32,000 nucleotides of DNA, taken from NCBI GenBank assembly GCA_965250005.1, contig OZ252279.1:390001-422000 (forward strand). Direction: 5' to 3'. Each line of letters begins with the position of its first letter. Position 1 is the stretch's first letter. The stretch is from Demequinaceae bacterium (GTDB lineage: Bacteria; Actinomycetota; Actinomycetes; Actinomycetales; Demequinaceae). This document shows positions 8,930-17,392 of the stretch, piece by piece. A program made the position numbers and the translations under genes. A model generated the notes under the pieces. It was not told the DNA's origin, ran no database searches, and saw only the letters and a program-made list of their open reading frames with translations.

Positions 8930-9793
8930 GTGAGTTGGTGGGAAGCAATTGTCCTCGGAGTGGTGCAGGGCTTTACGGAGTTTCTGCCCATATCTTCGAG
9001 CGCGCACGTGCGCGTTGTGGGTCCGCTACTCCCTAGTGGCGGAGATCCCGGCGCGGCATTCACCGCGACAATCCAGTTGGGCACCGAAGCCGCAGTGCTG
9101 CTCTTTTTCAGGCGCGACATTGCCAAGATCATCATCAACTGGTGGCACTGCCTGCGCGGGCGGTTTGGAACAACCCGAAGCGCCCGGTTTGGCGCGGGCA
9201 ATGTTGACGCACGGCTCGGTTGGTGGGTGATCGTCGGCACCATCCCCATCGTGATCCTTGGTGTTGTGTTCCGCGACTCCATCGAATCCCACCTTCGCAA
9301 CCTGTGGCTCACCGCGGCGGTGTTGGCATTCTTCGCTCTCGTGCTCGGTGCCGCAGATCAGTACGGTGCCAAACGCCGAGACCTGAAATCGATTACCGGC
9401 AGGGAGGCCGTGTGGCTGGGACTCGCGCAGGCCGCGGCCCTCATCCCAGGCGTGTCACGCTCGGGCGGCACCATCTCCATGGGGCTCTTCCTTGGGCTTA
9501 CCCGCGAAGCTGCGACCCGCTACTCGTTTTTGCTTGCAATTCCTGCTGTCGTGGGGTCCGCGTTTTTTGAGGTCGCGACCAATGCGGCAGAACTTACCGA
9601 GGCGGGCGGGCCGGGGATCGCCGCGACGGTAATCGCGGTGATCGCCGCCTTTGTGGTTGGCTACATCGTCATCATCTGGTTCTTGAAGTTGGTGTCGACA
9701 CACTCGTTCTTCGGCTTCGTGGTCTACCGGGTGGTGCTCGCTGGGGTTATCGTGGCGTTGCTGTCGAGCGACATCATTCCCGCCGTCGCGTAG
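8930..9793 (+). CDS. uppP: Undecaprenyl-diphosphate phosphatase
   Basis: The GTG at 8930 (aagg about 10 nt upstream) gives VSWWEAIVLGVVQGFTEFLPISSSAH..., the UppP/BacA signature. A second motif (PGVSRSGGTI) and about 8 TM segments are present. The length (287 aa) is typical. Confidence 0.9.
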   Translation: MSWWEAIVLGVVQGFTEFLPISSSAHVRVVGPLLPSGGDPGAAFTATIQLGTEAAVLLFFRRDIAKIIINWWHCLRGRFGTTRSARFGAGNVDARLGWWVIVGTIPIVILGVVFRDSIESHLRNLWLTAAVLAFFALVLGAADQYGAKRRDLKSITGREAVWLGLAQAAALIPGVSRSGGTISMGLFLGLTREAATRYSFLLAIPAVVGSAFFEVATNAAELTEAGGPGIAATVIAVIAAFVVGYIVIIWFLKLVSTHSFFGFVVYRVVLAGVIVALLSSDIIPAVA

Positions 9794-9799
9794 CGACCG

Positions 9800-10657
9800 C
9801 TATTTGCCTGTGTCGCGACGCTTGAGAAACCGCTCAAACTCCGCCGCGATCGCGTCACCGGAAGCCTGCGGCATGGTCGCGGCGTCGGTGACTTGCTCGA
9901 GTTGAGCGACGTGTGCGGCGATTTCGTCATCGTCCTCGGCAAGGTCCTCGGCGCCCCGCTGCCACGCCTCCGCCTCATAAGGCAGGTCCGCAAGCTCGAT
10001 TGGCTCGCCGATGAGGCGCTCGAGCGCACCAAGTAGTGCGAGCGTTGCCTTGGGGTTCGGCGGATGCGCCACATAGTGGGGCACGCCCGCCCAGACGGAG
10101 AGCACGGCGATTCCGCGTAGGGCGGCCTCGTGGCCGAGCACGCCGGTAATGCCGATTGGCCCGTCGTAATCTGACCGCTCCAGGTCCAGCGCTTTGCGCG
10201 CAGCCGCGTTCTCACTTGTGACGTAGGTAGGTAGCGGCCTGGTGTGCGGCGTATCCACCAGCAGTGCGCCACACGTGATGAGGGTGGTCACGTCAAGATC
10301 TTCGGCGTAGTCGAGAAGCTCGGTGCAAAACTGACGCCATCGCATCGAGGGTTCGAAGCCCCGCACCAGTGTCAAGTTGCGGTCTCCGAGCCAGGGGCCG
10401 GGCGTGGTCGAGATCAACGTTCCGGGCCACGAGATCACGCGCTCGCCGCCATCGTTGCGCGAGATGGTCGGGCGGTTCACCTGGAAATCGTGGAATTCCT
10501 CGGAATCGAGGGCGGCGTATTCCTGCGCCTTCCACACGCGAGCAAGGTGGTCGAGCGCCGCGGATGCCGAGGAGCCGGCGTCGTTCCAGCCTTCGAAAGC
10601 GGCAATCATGACCGATTCGTCCGCCCCGAGAGACTCCTCCACGTCTGATTCCTTCAT
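9800..10657 (-). CDS. PAC2 (proteasome assembly chaperone 2-like) family protein
   Basis: The N-terminal VMIAAFEGWNDAGSSASAAL motif and overall pattern match, from memory, the actinobacterial PAC2-family protein (Rv2125-like) found near pupylation genes. An alternative start is the internal Met at residue 17. Confidence 0.75.
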   Translation of the reverse strand: MKESDVEESLGADESVMIAAFEGWNDAGSSASAALDHLARVWKAQEYAALDSEEFHDFQVNRPTISRNDGGERVISWPGTLISTTPGPWLGDRNLTLVRGFEPSMRWRQFCTELLDYAEDLDVTTLITCGALLVDTPHTRPLPTYVTSENAAARKALDLERSDYDGPIGITGVLGHEAALRGIAVLSVWAGVPHYVAHPPNPKATLALLGALERLIGEPIELADLPYEAEAWQRGAEDLAEDDDEIAAHVAQLEQVTDAATMPQASGDAIAAEFERFLKRRDTGK

Positions 10658-10681
10658 GCCTTCAGCCTAGACTGATCGGCG

Positions 10682-11386
10682 ATGAATGCACACGAGCGCC
10701 GCCCCGCCGCCATCCTGTGGGACATGGACGGAACGTTGGTTGATAGCGAGCCCCATTGGATTGCTGCAGAGACCGAGCTGTGCGCGGCGCACGGCGTTGA
10801 CTGGACTGAAAAGGACGGACTGTCCCTTATCGGCAGCGCCCTTACCTATTCGGCTGGCGTGCTGAAGGACCGTGGCGTCAACCTCTCGATTGGCGAAATT
10901 GTGGACATCCTCGTCACGCAGGTCGCGAACGGCGTGCGCGCGAATGTCCCATGGCAGCCAGACGCCCGCGCGCTCCTTGACCGCTTCCTCGACGCAGGCA
11001 CGCGCTGCGCGCTAGTCACCATGTCTTACCGCGCCCTCGCAGGCGCTCTCACTGAACACGAACCTCGCTTTGAGGTAGTCGTCACGGGAGAAGAGGTCGC
11101 GAACGGCAAGCCAGACCCGGAGTCATACCTGTTGGCCGCGGATCGCCTTGGCGTGAGAATCTCGGACTGCCTCGCGATTGAGGATTCGCCTTCCGGAACG
11201 CGCGCAGCTCACGCCAGCGGCGCCCGCACAGTCGCGATCGAGCGTTTGGTCAAATTGGATCCGCTTCCCGGGATGTCCATGTTCGCGAGCCTCGACAGCC
11301 TCACCGACCGTGCGATCCAGAGAATCATGGCCGGCGAGGTTATTGACGAACTGCCCGCAGCAATCGCTGGGGACGGCCCGCGCTAG
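10682..11386 (+). CDS. HAD-superfamily hydrolase, subfamily IA (phosphatase/beta-phosphoglucomutase-like)
   Basis: HAD motif I is DMDGTLVDSE, motif III is GKPDPESY and motif IV is IEDSPSGTRAAHASGA. Confidence 0.8.
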   Translation: MNAHERRPAAILWDMDGTLVDSEPHWIAAETELCAAHGVDWTEKDGLSLIGSALTYSAGVLKDRGVNLSIGEIVDILVTQVANGVRANVPWQPDARALLDRFLDAGTRCALVTMSYRALAGALTEHEPRFEVVVTGEEVANGKPDPESYLLAADRLGVRISDCLAIEDSPSGTRAAHASGARTVAIERLVKLDPLPGMSMFASLDSLTDRAIQRIMAGEVIDELPAAIAGDGPR

Positions 11387-12216
11387 CTCGCGACCGGCGT
11401 AACGCCAAGCGACCGCGTGACCGCCGCCGGGTCTAGGTCAGGCGGGTTGCCACCGAACTCGGGACATAGTGCTTGAAACGAGCACCACCCGCACAGCTTG
11501 GACTTCCTGGTCCGCCACTCGGATCGCTTCGCCGCACGGGCAATATCGCTCCACAGTGCGCGGACCTCGAACTCCACCTTCTCCAGGTCTTCCGCATTGG
11601 GCTTGAGAACTACCGATTGGCCGTCGCGCAAGTAGAGCAACTGGAGCACACTCGGTATCCGCCCGCGCAGGCGCGCGACCAGGAGCGCGTAAAAGCGCAT
11701 CTGAAACTTCGCCTGCGTTCCGTATTGGGGCAGCGGCGCCTTACCTGACTTGTAGTCGACTACGCGAATCGAACCGTCCGCCGCGACGTCAACCCGGTCG
11801 ATTACGCCGCGCAGGAGCGGCCCATCGGGCAGCTGCCACTCGACGAACTCTTCGCGTGTGTCCGGTTCAAGCCGGGTGGGGTTCTCCATGGTGAAGTAGG
11901 TTGCCAGCCGACTTGCCGCATCCGCAAGCCACGCGCCCTCGCCGGCGGCGTCGTCGTGGAGAGCGCGCAGGCCAGCGTCGGCCGCCTTCATCTGTTCCCA
12001 TTGCGGAGCGAGCATCGCTACGGCCGCCTGCTCCGTGCGCGCGGTGGAGGGAAGCTCATAGAGATGCTCGAGTGCGCTGTGCACCAGCGTTCCAAGAGTT
12101 GCGGCGGCGGACGGATCCTCAGGAATTCGATCGACAACGCGCAGACGAAACATGAGCGGGCACTGCTTGAAGTCGTTAGCACGGGACGGCGATAGGGCGG
12201 GCGCGCGGCGTTCCAT
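11383..12216 (-). CDS. PD-(D/E)XK nuclease, RecB/Cas4-like, with 4-Cys cluster
   Basis: - N-terminal LSPSRANDFKQCPLMFRL
- Nuclease core GVIDRVD...IRVVDYKSGK
- C-terminal CGWCSFQALC (C-x2-C-x5-C); with the N-terminal Cys this gives the Cas4/AddB-type four-cysteine pattern
It resembles the Rv2119-like protein of actinobacterial pup neighbourhoods (from memory). Confidence 0.8.
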   Translation of the reverse strand: MERRAPALSPSRANDFKQCPLMFRLRVVDRIPEDPSAAATLGTLVHSALEHLYELPSTARTEQAAVAMLAPQWEQMKAADAGLRALHDDAAGEGAWLADAASRLATYFTMENPTRLEPDTREEFVEWQLPDGPLLRGVIDRVDVAADGSIRVVDYKSGKAPLPQYGTQAKFQMRFYALLVARLRGRIPSVLQLLYLRDGQSVVLKPNAEDLEKVEFEVRALWSDIARAAKRSEWRTRKSKLCGWCSFQALCPEFGGNPPDLDPAAVTRSLGVTPVAS

Positions 12217-12304
12217 GCCGACACCCTACGTTGCTACCCAGACACGCCAGCGGCTACTCGCCGCTCGCGTAATGATTATTGGTCAGGCCGGTTACCGTGG
12301 GGGC

Positions 12305-13414
12305 ATGGCAACTCCAAGTAGGCGCACAAAAGGATGGTCGATCGGGCGCATGCTCGGGGCACGCGTGATTGTGCAGCCATCGACGCTCATCATGATTGCT
12401 GTGTTGGCATTCCTGTGGGCGAGCCGCGACGTCGACGGACTGACGAGCGAGAGCCTCACGCGTGGGGCAACGCTCGCCTTGTTGCTATTCGCGTCGGTCT
12501 TTGTGCATGAGGTTGCGCACGCGGCGACCGCCAGGTTTTTTAGGCGCGAAGTCTCGGAGATTGTGATCACACTCTGGGGAGGCCACACGTCGTTTGATGG
12601 CAGAGGGATGACTCCTGTCATCAGCGGAGTCACGTCGGCGGCGGGGCCCGCGATGAACATGGTCGTCGCGGCTTCCGCATACGGGGTGTCCGGGCTCGCC
12701 GTGCCGCAGGGAGCGCATGATCTGCTCGCTTGGCTCATCTACGCCAACGTCGCTCTGGCGGTGTTCAACTCACTGCCCGGCATTCCGATGGACGGTGGCC
12801 GCGTGTTTGAGGCCGCCGTTTGGGCCGTCACGGGCAGCCGATCGCGAGGGACTATCGCTGCGGCTTGGGGAGGCAGGGCTGTTGCAGGCGGGTTTGTCGC
12901 GTTCGTAGTCCTGCGCGCATTCTCGGAAGGCCGCACGCCAGGGATCTTCGAGTTGGTCTGGGCGATGTTCGTGTTCTCCCTGCTATGGCCCCCAGCCTCG
13001 GCCGCGCTTCGGAGCGCACAGCTCTCTGGGCGCGCCGAGGTCGTGACTGCAGCAAAGGTCATGCGCGCTGCGGCGCCCGTCAAGCACAATGTTTCCGTCG
13101 CGGACGCGCTTCGTGAAGCCGAACGCGCCGACGCCGATGAGGTGGTGGTGATGTCAGCCGACGGCAGCCCCGCCGGGCACTTCGCAACGGCGATGGCGCG
13201 GGAGGTGCCAGTTGACGTGAGGTCAAGGACCGAGTTGTCGGCGGTCACCCTGCCGCTGCCACGGGGCGCGACGGCGGCGTCAGACTTGACCGGCCATGAA
13301 CTTCTCGAGGAGATTCGTGAGTGGTGGGGAAAAACCGACGCGCTCGTGGTGCTCGACGACGCCGAGGTAGTTGGAGTGGTGCTGTTGAAGGACGTCATAG
13401 AACGCTTGAAGTAG
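12305..13414 (+). CDS. Site-2 protease (M50) family zinc metalloprotease with C-terminal CBS-like domain pair
   Basis: HEVAH (HExxH) lies in a TM segment and NSLPGIPMDGGRV (LPxxPxDGG) is present. The soluble C-terminus has two CBS-like repeats (VMRAAAPVKHNVSVADAL..., ...LVVLDDAEVVGVVLLKDV). The start is taken at ATG 12305 (MATPSRRTKGWSIGR...). In-frame alternatives lie at 12272 and 12152. Confidence 0.8.
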   Translation: MATPSRRTKGWSIGRMLGARVIVQPSTLIMIAVLAFLWASRDVDGLTSESLTRGATLALLLFASVFVHEVAHAATARFFRREVSEIVITLWGGHTSFDGRGMTPVISGVTSAAGPAMNMVVAASAYGVSGLAVPQGAHDLLAWLIYANVALAVFNSLPGIPMDGGRVFEAAVWAVTGSRSRGTIAAAWGGRAVAGGFVAFVVLRAFSEGRTPGIFELVWAMFVFSLLWPPASAALRSAQLSGRAEVVTAAKVMRAAAPVKHNVSVADALREAERADADEVVVMSADGSPAGHFATAMAREVPVDVRSRTELSAVTLPLPRGATAASDLTGHELLEEIREWWGKTDALVVLDDAEVVGVVLLKDVIERLK

Positions 13415-13443
13415 GCGGGGCGCGACCCGCCTAGACTTGACGC

Positions 13444-14445
13444 GTGCCTAATACGACTGCAGTTTCCTTGGGTGCGGCCGAGCGCCGTGGCCCCCTTCGC
13501 TCTGGCGACCGCGTTCAACTCACCGACGCCAAGGGACGCCACCACACCATCACGCTTGGCGAGGGTAAGCAGTTCCACACTCATCGCGGGCTGTTTGAGC
13601 ACGACGAACTGATCGGGAAGCCAGAGGGCACCGTCATCTACAACACGGCGAAGGTCCCATATCTTGCGATGAGGCCGCTGCTGAGTGACTACGTCATGTC
13701 GATGCCTCGTGGCGCTGCAGTGATCTACCCGAAGGACTCAGCCCAGATCGTCGGTATGGCGGATATTTTCCCGGGAGCTCGTGTGGTCGAGGCGGGCGTC
13801 GGTTCGGGAGCGCTGTCGATGTCACTGCTGCGCGCGGTGGGTGACACTGGATCACTCCTCTCGATCGAGCGTCGCGAGGAATTCGCGGACATCGCCAAGG
13901 CCAACGTGCGTGGGCACTTTGGTGGCGAGCACCCAGCGTGGCGGGTCCAGATTGGTGACTTTGACGAACGCGCCGTCGCCGCTTGCGAACCGGGAAGTGT
14001 GGATCGTGTGGTTCTAGACATGCTCGCTCCCTGGGAAAATATCGAGGCAGCGGCGACCATCTTGGCGCCCGGCGGAGTATTCCTTGCTTACGTGGCGACG
14101 GCGACGCAACTCTCACGCGTGGCGGAGGGGATCCGCGATCACGGCGGGTATACGGAGCCCGTGGCGTGGGAGACGATGGTACGCACATGGCACCTTGAGG
14201 GCCTCGCCGTCCGGCCGGACCATCGAATGATCGGGCACACAGGATTCTTGATCTCGTCGCGCCGGATGGCACCCGGCGTGGACGCCCCGATCCGGCATCG
14301 GCGCCCCGCGAAGGGGGCGTACCCGACTGACACGGAATGGACGCCAGACGACCTGGGCGAGCGGACCCCCAGCGAGAAGAAGGTGCGCAAAGTGCGCCGC
14401 GACGTGACGAAGAGCGATCCTGTTGGCGAAGAAGCGGGGGAGTAG
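13444..14445 (+). CDS. trmI: tRNA (adenine58-N1)-methyltransferase
   Basis: Near-colinear with my memory of M. tuberculosis Rv2118c: GDRVQLTDAKGR, LLSDYVMSMPRGAAVIYPKD, FPGARVVEAGVGSGALS, VLDMLAPWE, VATATQLSR, LAVRPDHRMIGHTGFL. GTG start. Confidence 0.88.
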   Translation: MPNTTAVSLGAAERRGPLRSGDRVQLTDAKGRHHTITLGEGKQFHTHRGLFEHDELIGKPEGTVIYNTAKVPYLAMRPLLSDYVMSMPRGAAVIYPKDSAQIVGMADIFPGARVVEAGVGSGALSMSLLRAVGDTGSLLSIERREEFADIAKANVRGHFGGEHPAWRVQIGDFDERAVAACEPGSVDRVVLDMLAPWENIEAAATILAPGGVFLAYVATATQLSRVAEGIRDHGGYTEPVAWETMVRTWHLEGLAVRPDHRMIGHTGFLISSRRMAPGVDAPIRHRRPAKGAYPTDTEWTPDDLGERTPSEKKVRKVRRDVTKSDPVGEEAGE

Positions 14446-15848
14446 TGGAACCGGTAGACAAGGTAGTCGCACTCACCAAGCGCAACGCAGAACTGCAGCG
14501 GCTGCTTGAAGTCGCGCGCGATCAGATAGGCGAGATGCGCGACAAGCTCGCCGAGGTGTCGGCGCCTCCGCAGAGCTTTGGCACACTCCTCGCATGGGCG
14601 GGCGACCATGCGGACGTCATGGTTGGCGGACGGCGCATGCGGGTAGCCGTCGCGCCGAAGGTGTCGCACGACGTCGAACCGGGCCAGGAACTTCTCCTCA
14701 ACGCTTTCAACGTGGTGGTGGGCGTTGGCAAGCCCGAGCGGTCGGGCCAGGCGGCGATTGTTCGCGAGGTTCTTGACGACACCCGAGTGCTGGTAGTTGC
14801 GCGGGGCGAGGACGAGAGGATCGCCATGCTCGTGGGCGGGGACGCCCTTTCCCGTCTTCATGAGGGAGACACGGTAATGGTGGATACGCGTACGGGATTC
14901 GCGATCGAGAAGATCGAGCGAACTGGCGTCGAGGCCCTGCTTTTGGAGGAGGTCCCGGACGTCTCGTACGAGGCCATCGGTGGACTAGAGAGCCAGATCG
15001 AGCGCATTCGCGACGCGATCGAGCTGCCACTGCGCCACCGCGACCTCTTCACCGAGCACGCGCTCGAGCCGCCGCGCGGGCTCTTGCTCTTTGGGCCTCC
15101 CGGCTGCGGAAAAACGCTGATCGCCAAGGCGGTCGCGCACTCGCTCGCCGACGCCGTTGGCTCAGACCGCTCGTACTTCCTGTCCGTCAAGGGGCCGGAG
15201 CTCCTGAACAAGTACGTGGGCGAGACCGAGCGCTACATCCGGACCATTTTCGAGCGGGCGCGCGCGAAGGCCGCAGACGGCGCACCGGTAGTGGTGTTCT
15301 TCGATGAGATGGACGCGCTCTTCCGCTCGCGCGGCTCGGGAGTCTCCTCGGACATCGAGACCACCGTGGTTCCGCAACTACTGACGGAGTTGGACGGCGT
15401 TGAGGCGCTGTCGAACGTGATCGTCATCGGAGCGTCGAACCGCGAAGACATGATCGACACCGCAATCATGCGGCCCGGCAGGCTCGACGTGAAGATTGAG
15501 ATCGCACGGCCGGATCAGCGTGCTGCGGTGGACATCCTGGGCATCTACTTGCGAGAGGACCTGCCCCTAGCGGCGTCCGACGTCGCCTCGGCCGGATCCG
15601 CGACCGCGGCCGTTGCGGCAATGTGCTCCGCGGCTGCGGAGTTTCTGTTCGCGCCGGAGCAGGACGCCGCAAACTTGGTCTCTGGGGCGATGCTACGCAA
15701 CATCGTTAATCGCGCGAAGACTCGAGCCATCAAGCAGGTTATTGCTGGCCACGCGCGCGGAATCAGCGCCGAGCAGATTCTCGCCGCGTGTGCCGAGGAG
15801 GTCTCGGAGGCTCGCGCTGTCGAGTTATCGGCGCTCGGCAAGGGGTAG
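14445..15848 (+). CDS. arc: AAA+ ATPase forming ring-shaped complexes (ARC/Mpa homolog), short form
   Basis: The GTG at 14445 overlaps the trmI stop (taGTG). Domain order:
- Coiled coil (ALTKRNAELQRLLEVARDQIGEMRDKLAEV)
- OB-domain region
- AAA+ module with Walker A GPPGCGKT, Walker B VVFFDEMD and GASNREDMID..RPGRLD
The part of ORF 14337.. upstream of 14445 overlaps trmI out of frame and is R-rich junk. Confidence 0.9.
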   Translation: MEPVDKVVALTKRNAELQRLLEVARDQIGEMRDKLAEVSAPPQSFGTLLAWAGDHADVMVGGRRMRVAVAPKVSHDVEPGQELLLNAFNVVVGVGKPERSGQAAIVREVLDDTRVLVVARGEDERIAMLVGGDALSRLHEGDTVMVDTRTGFAIEKIERTGVEALLLEEVPDVSYEAIGGLESQIERIRDAIELPLRHRDLFTEHALEPPRGLLLFGPPGCGKTLIAKAVAHSLADAVGSDRSYFLSVKGPELLNKYVGETERYIRTIFERARAKAADGAPVVVFFDEMDALFRSRGSGVSSDIETTVVPQLLTELDGVEALSNVIVIGASNREDMIDTAIMRPGRLDVKIEIARPDQRAAVDILGIYLREDLPLAASDVASAGSATAAVAAMCSAAAEFLFAPEQDAANLVSGAMLRNIVNRAKTRAIKQVIAGHARGISAEQILAACAEEVSEARAVELSALGKG

Positions 15849-15850
15849 TT

Positions 15851-17383
15851 GTGCGAATCGCTGGAATCGAGACCGAGTATGGGATAGCGGACAGGGAGAA
15901 CCCGGGTGCCAACCCGATCCTCATGAGTAGCCACGTCGTGGATTACTATCGCAGCCGACCGGGGGTGGCTAGCGCCCCTTGGGATTACGGCTCGGAGGAT
16001 CCGCTTCAAGACCTGCGCGGTATTCGCCGCGCGCGCGCGTCAGCGCACCCCGACATGCTGACAGACCAGCCCGCGAGCCACGAGACGGAGGGGAGCCTCA
16101 CGCGCCACCGTCGGCGCGGCTCGTGGGAGGACCCTGCGCAGCTAAATGCGGTCCTCGCGAACGGCGCTCGCCTCTACGTCGACCACGCTCACCCCGAGTA
16201 TTCGGGGCCCGAAGTCTCCGGGCCGCTCGACGCGGTCCGCTGGGACCGGGCCGGGGATCAGGTGGTGCGCCTCGCAATCGCGGCGGCTGCCGCGGCCGGC
16301 GTATCGATGGCCGCGTACAAGAACAATGTTGACGGCAAGGGCTCGTCGTACGGGACGCATGAGAACTTCCTGGTCAATAGAGACATACCTTTTGACGACC
16401 TCGCCAAGTGGATTACGTGTCACCTGGTGACGAGGCAGATCTTCTGCGGCGCGGGGCGCGTGGGATTGGGTCAACGCGGTGAGCAGCCAGGGTTCCAGAT
16501 TTCGCAGCGCGCGGACTACATTGAAGCCGACGTGGGCCTTGAAACCACTCTCCGCCGGCCCATCGTCAACACTCGTGATGAGCCGCACGCGGATCGCGAC
16601 AGGTGGCGGCGTCTCCACGTGATCATCGGCGACGCCAACAATATGGACGTGCCGGTATTCCTCAAGATCGGGACCACGTCGCTCGTGCTGTCGGCGATCG
16701 AGGCTGGTGACCCACGGCTCGATGCACTGGTTCTCGCCGACCCAGTCCCTGCCGTTCAGGCGGTCTCGAGGGATCTCCATCTGAACGTTGTCCTTGCCCT
16801 CGCTAACGGAGACACGGCCACGGCGCTCGAACTGCAGCGAGCGCTGTTGGAGATCGCCCGCGACTACGTCACCGACGGTGAGGGCGCGGGGGTGATCGCT
16901 CGGTGGGAGGAAGTTCTTGAGCAACTGGGGCGGGACCCGCTGGAGGCAAGCGCGACCGTCGAGTGGGTGGGCAAGCTGAAGCTTCTGGCGCGTATGCGCG
17001 AGCGTAGTGGCGGCATCAAGCCGCTGCCCTGGGACGACGCACGCCTTGTGGCGGCAGACATCCAATGGAGCGACATCGATCCCGAAAGAGGGCTGTGCGC
17101 GAAGCTAACCGCCGCGGGAGCAGTGACGCGTCTCGTCACGGACGAACAAATCGAGAGCGCCGTCACCACGCCTCCCGCAACCACCCGGGCCACGGTGCGG
17201 GGCCGAATGGTTTCGGCTCGGTCGGATGTGGTTGATTCCGCCGGCTGGAACACGGTGGTCCTCGACCGCGACACCGAACACGGGCAACTCGAGGTTGCGC
17301 GCCTCGACGACCCCCACGTCACAGGCCACCCACTTCTGGATGCGCTCATTGAGGAATCGCCGCGCCCGGCAAACGGCGAGTAG
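15851..17383 (+). CDS. dop: Pup deamidase/depupylase
   Basis: The GTG at 15851 gives VRIAGIETEYGI...NPILMSS...NGARLYVDHAHPEYSGPE, and a roughly 40-residue insertion (Dop loop) precedes that motif. The gene lies 2 nt after the arc stop and directly upstream of pup. Confidence 0.9.
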   Translation: MRIAGIETEYGIADRENPGANPILMSSHVVDYYRSRPGVASAPWDYGSEDPLQDLRGIRRARASAHPDMLTDQPASHETEGSLTRHRRRGSWEDPAQLNAVLANGARLYVDHAHPEYSGPEVSGPLDAVRWDRAGDQVVRLAIAAAAAAGVSMAAYKNNVDGKGSSYGTHENFLVNRDIPFDDLAKWITCHLVTRQIFCGAGRVGLGQRGEQPGFQISQRADYIEADVGLETTLRRPIVNTRDEPHADRDRWRRLHVIIGDANNMDVPVFLKIGTTSLVLSAIEAGDPRLDALVLADPVPAVQAVSRDLHLNVVLALANGDTATALELQRALLEIARDYVTDGEGAGVIARWEEVLEQLGRDPLEASATVEWVGKLKLLARMRERSGGIKPLPWDDARLVAADIQWSDIDPERGLCAKLTAAGAVTRLVTDEQIESAVTTPPATTRATVRGRMVSARSDVVDSAGWNTVVLDRDTEHGQLEVARLDDPHVTGHPLLDALIEESPRPANGE

Positions 17384-17392
17384 AATGGACTC

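Noticed and set aside
8866-9312. N-terminal 149-codon extension of the aldo/keto reductase ORF. Analogous upstream extensions occur for uppP (8720-8929), hisF (19845-20036), hisI (24392-24472), trpE (24717-24854), trpB (28219-28443), trpA (29472-29648), arc (14337-14444) and dop (15788-15850).
   Set aside because: The extensions overlap the neighbouring gene and have junk-like composition. The family-typical N-terminus begins at an internal ATG or GTG, usually with an RBS or a stop/start overlap.
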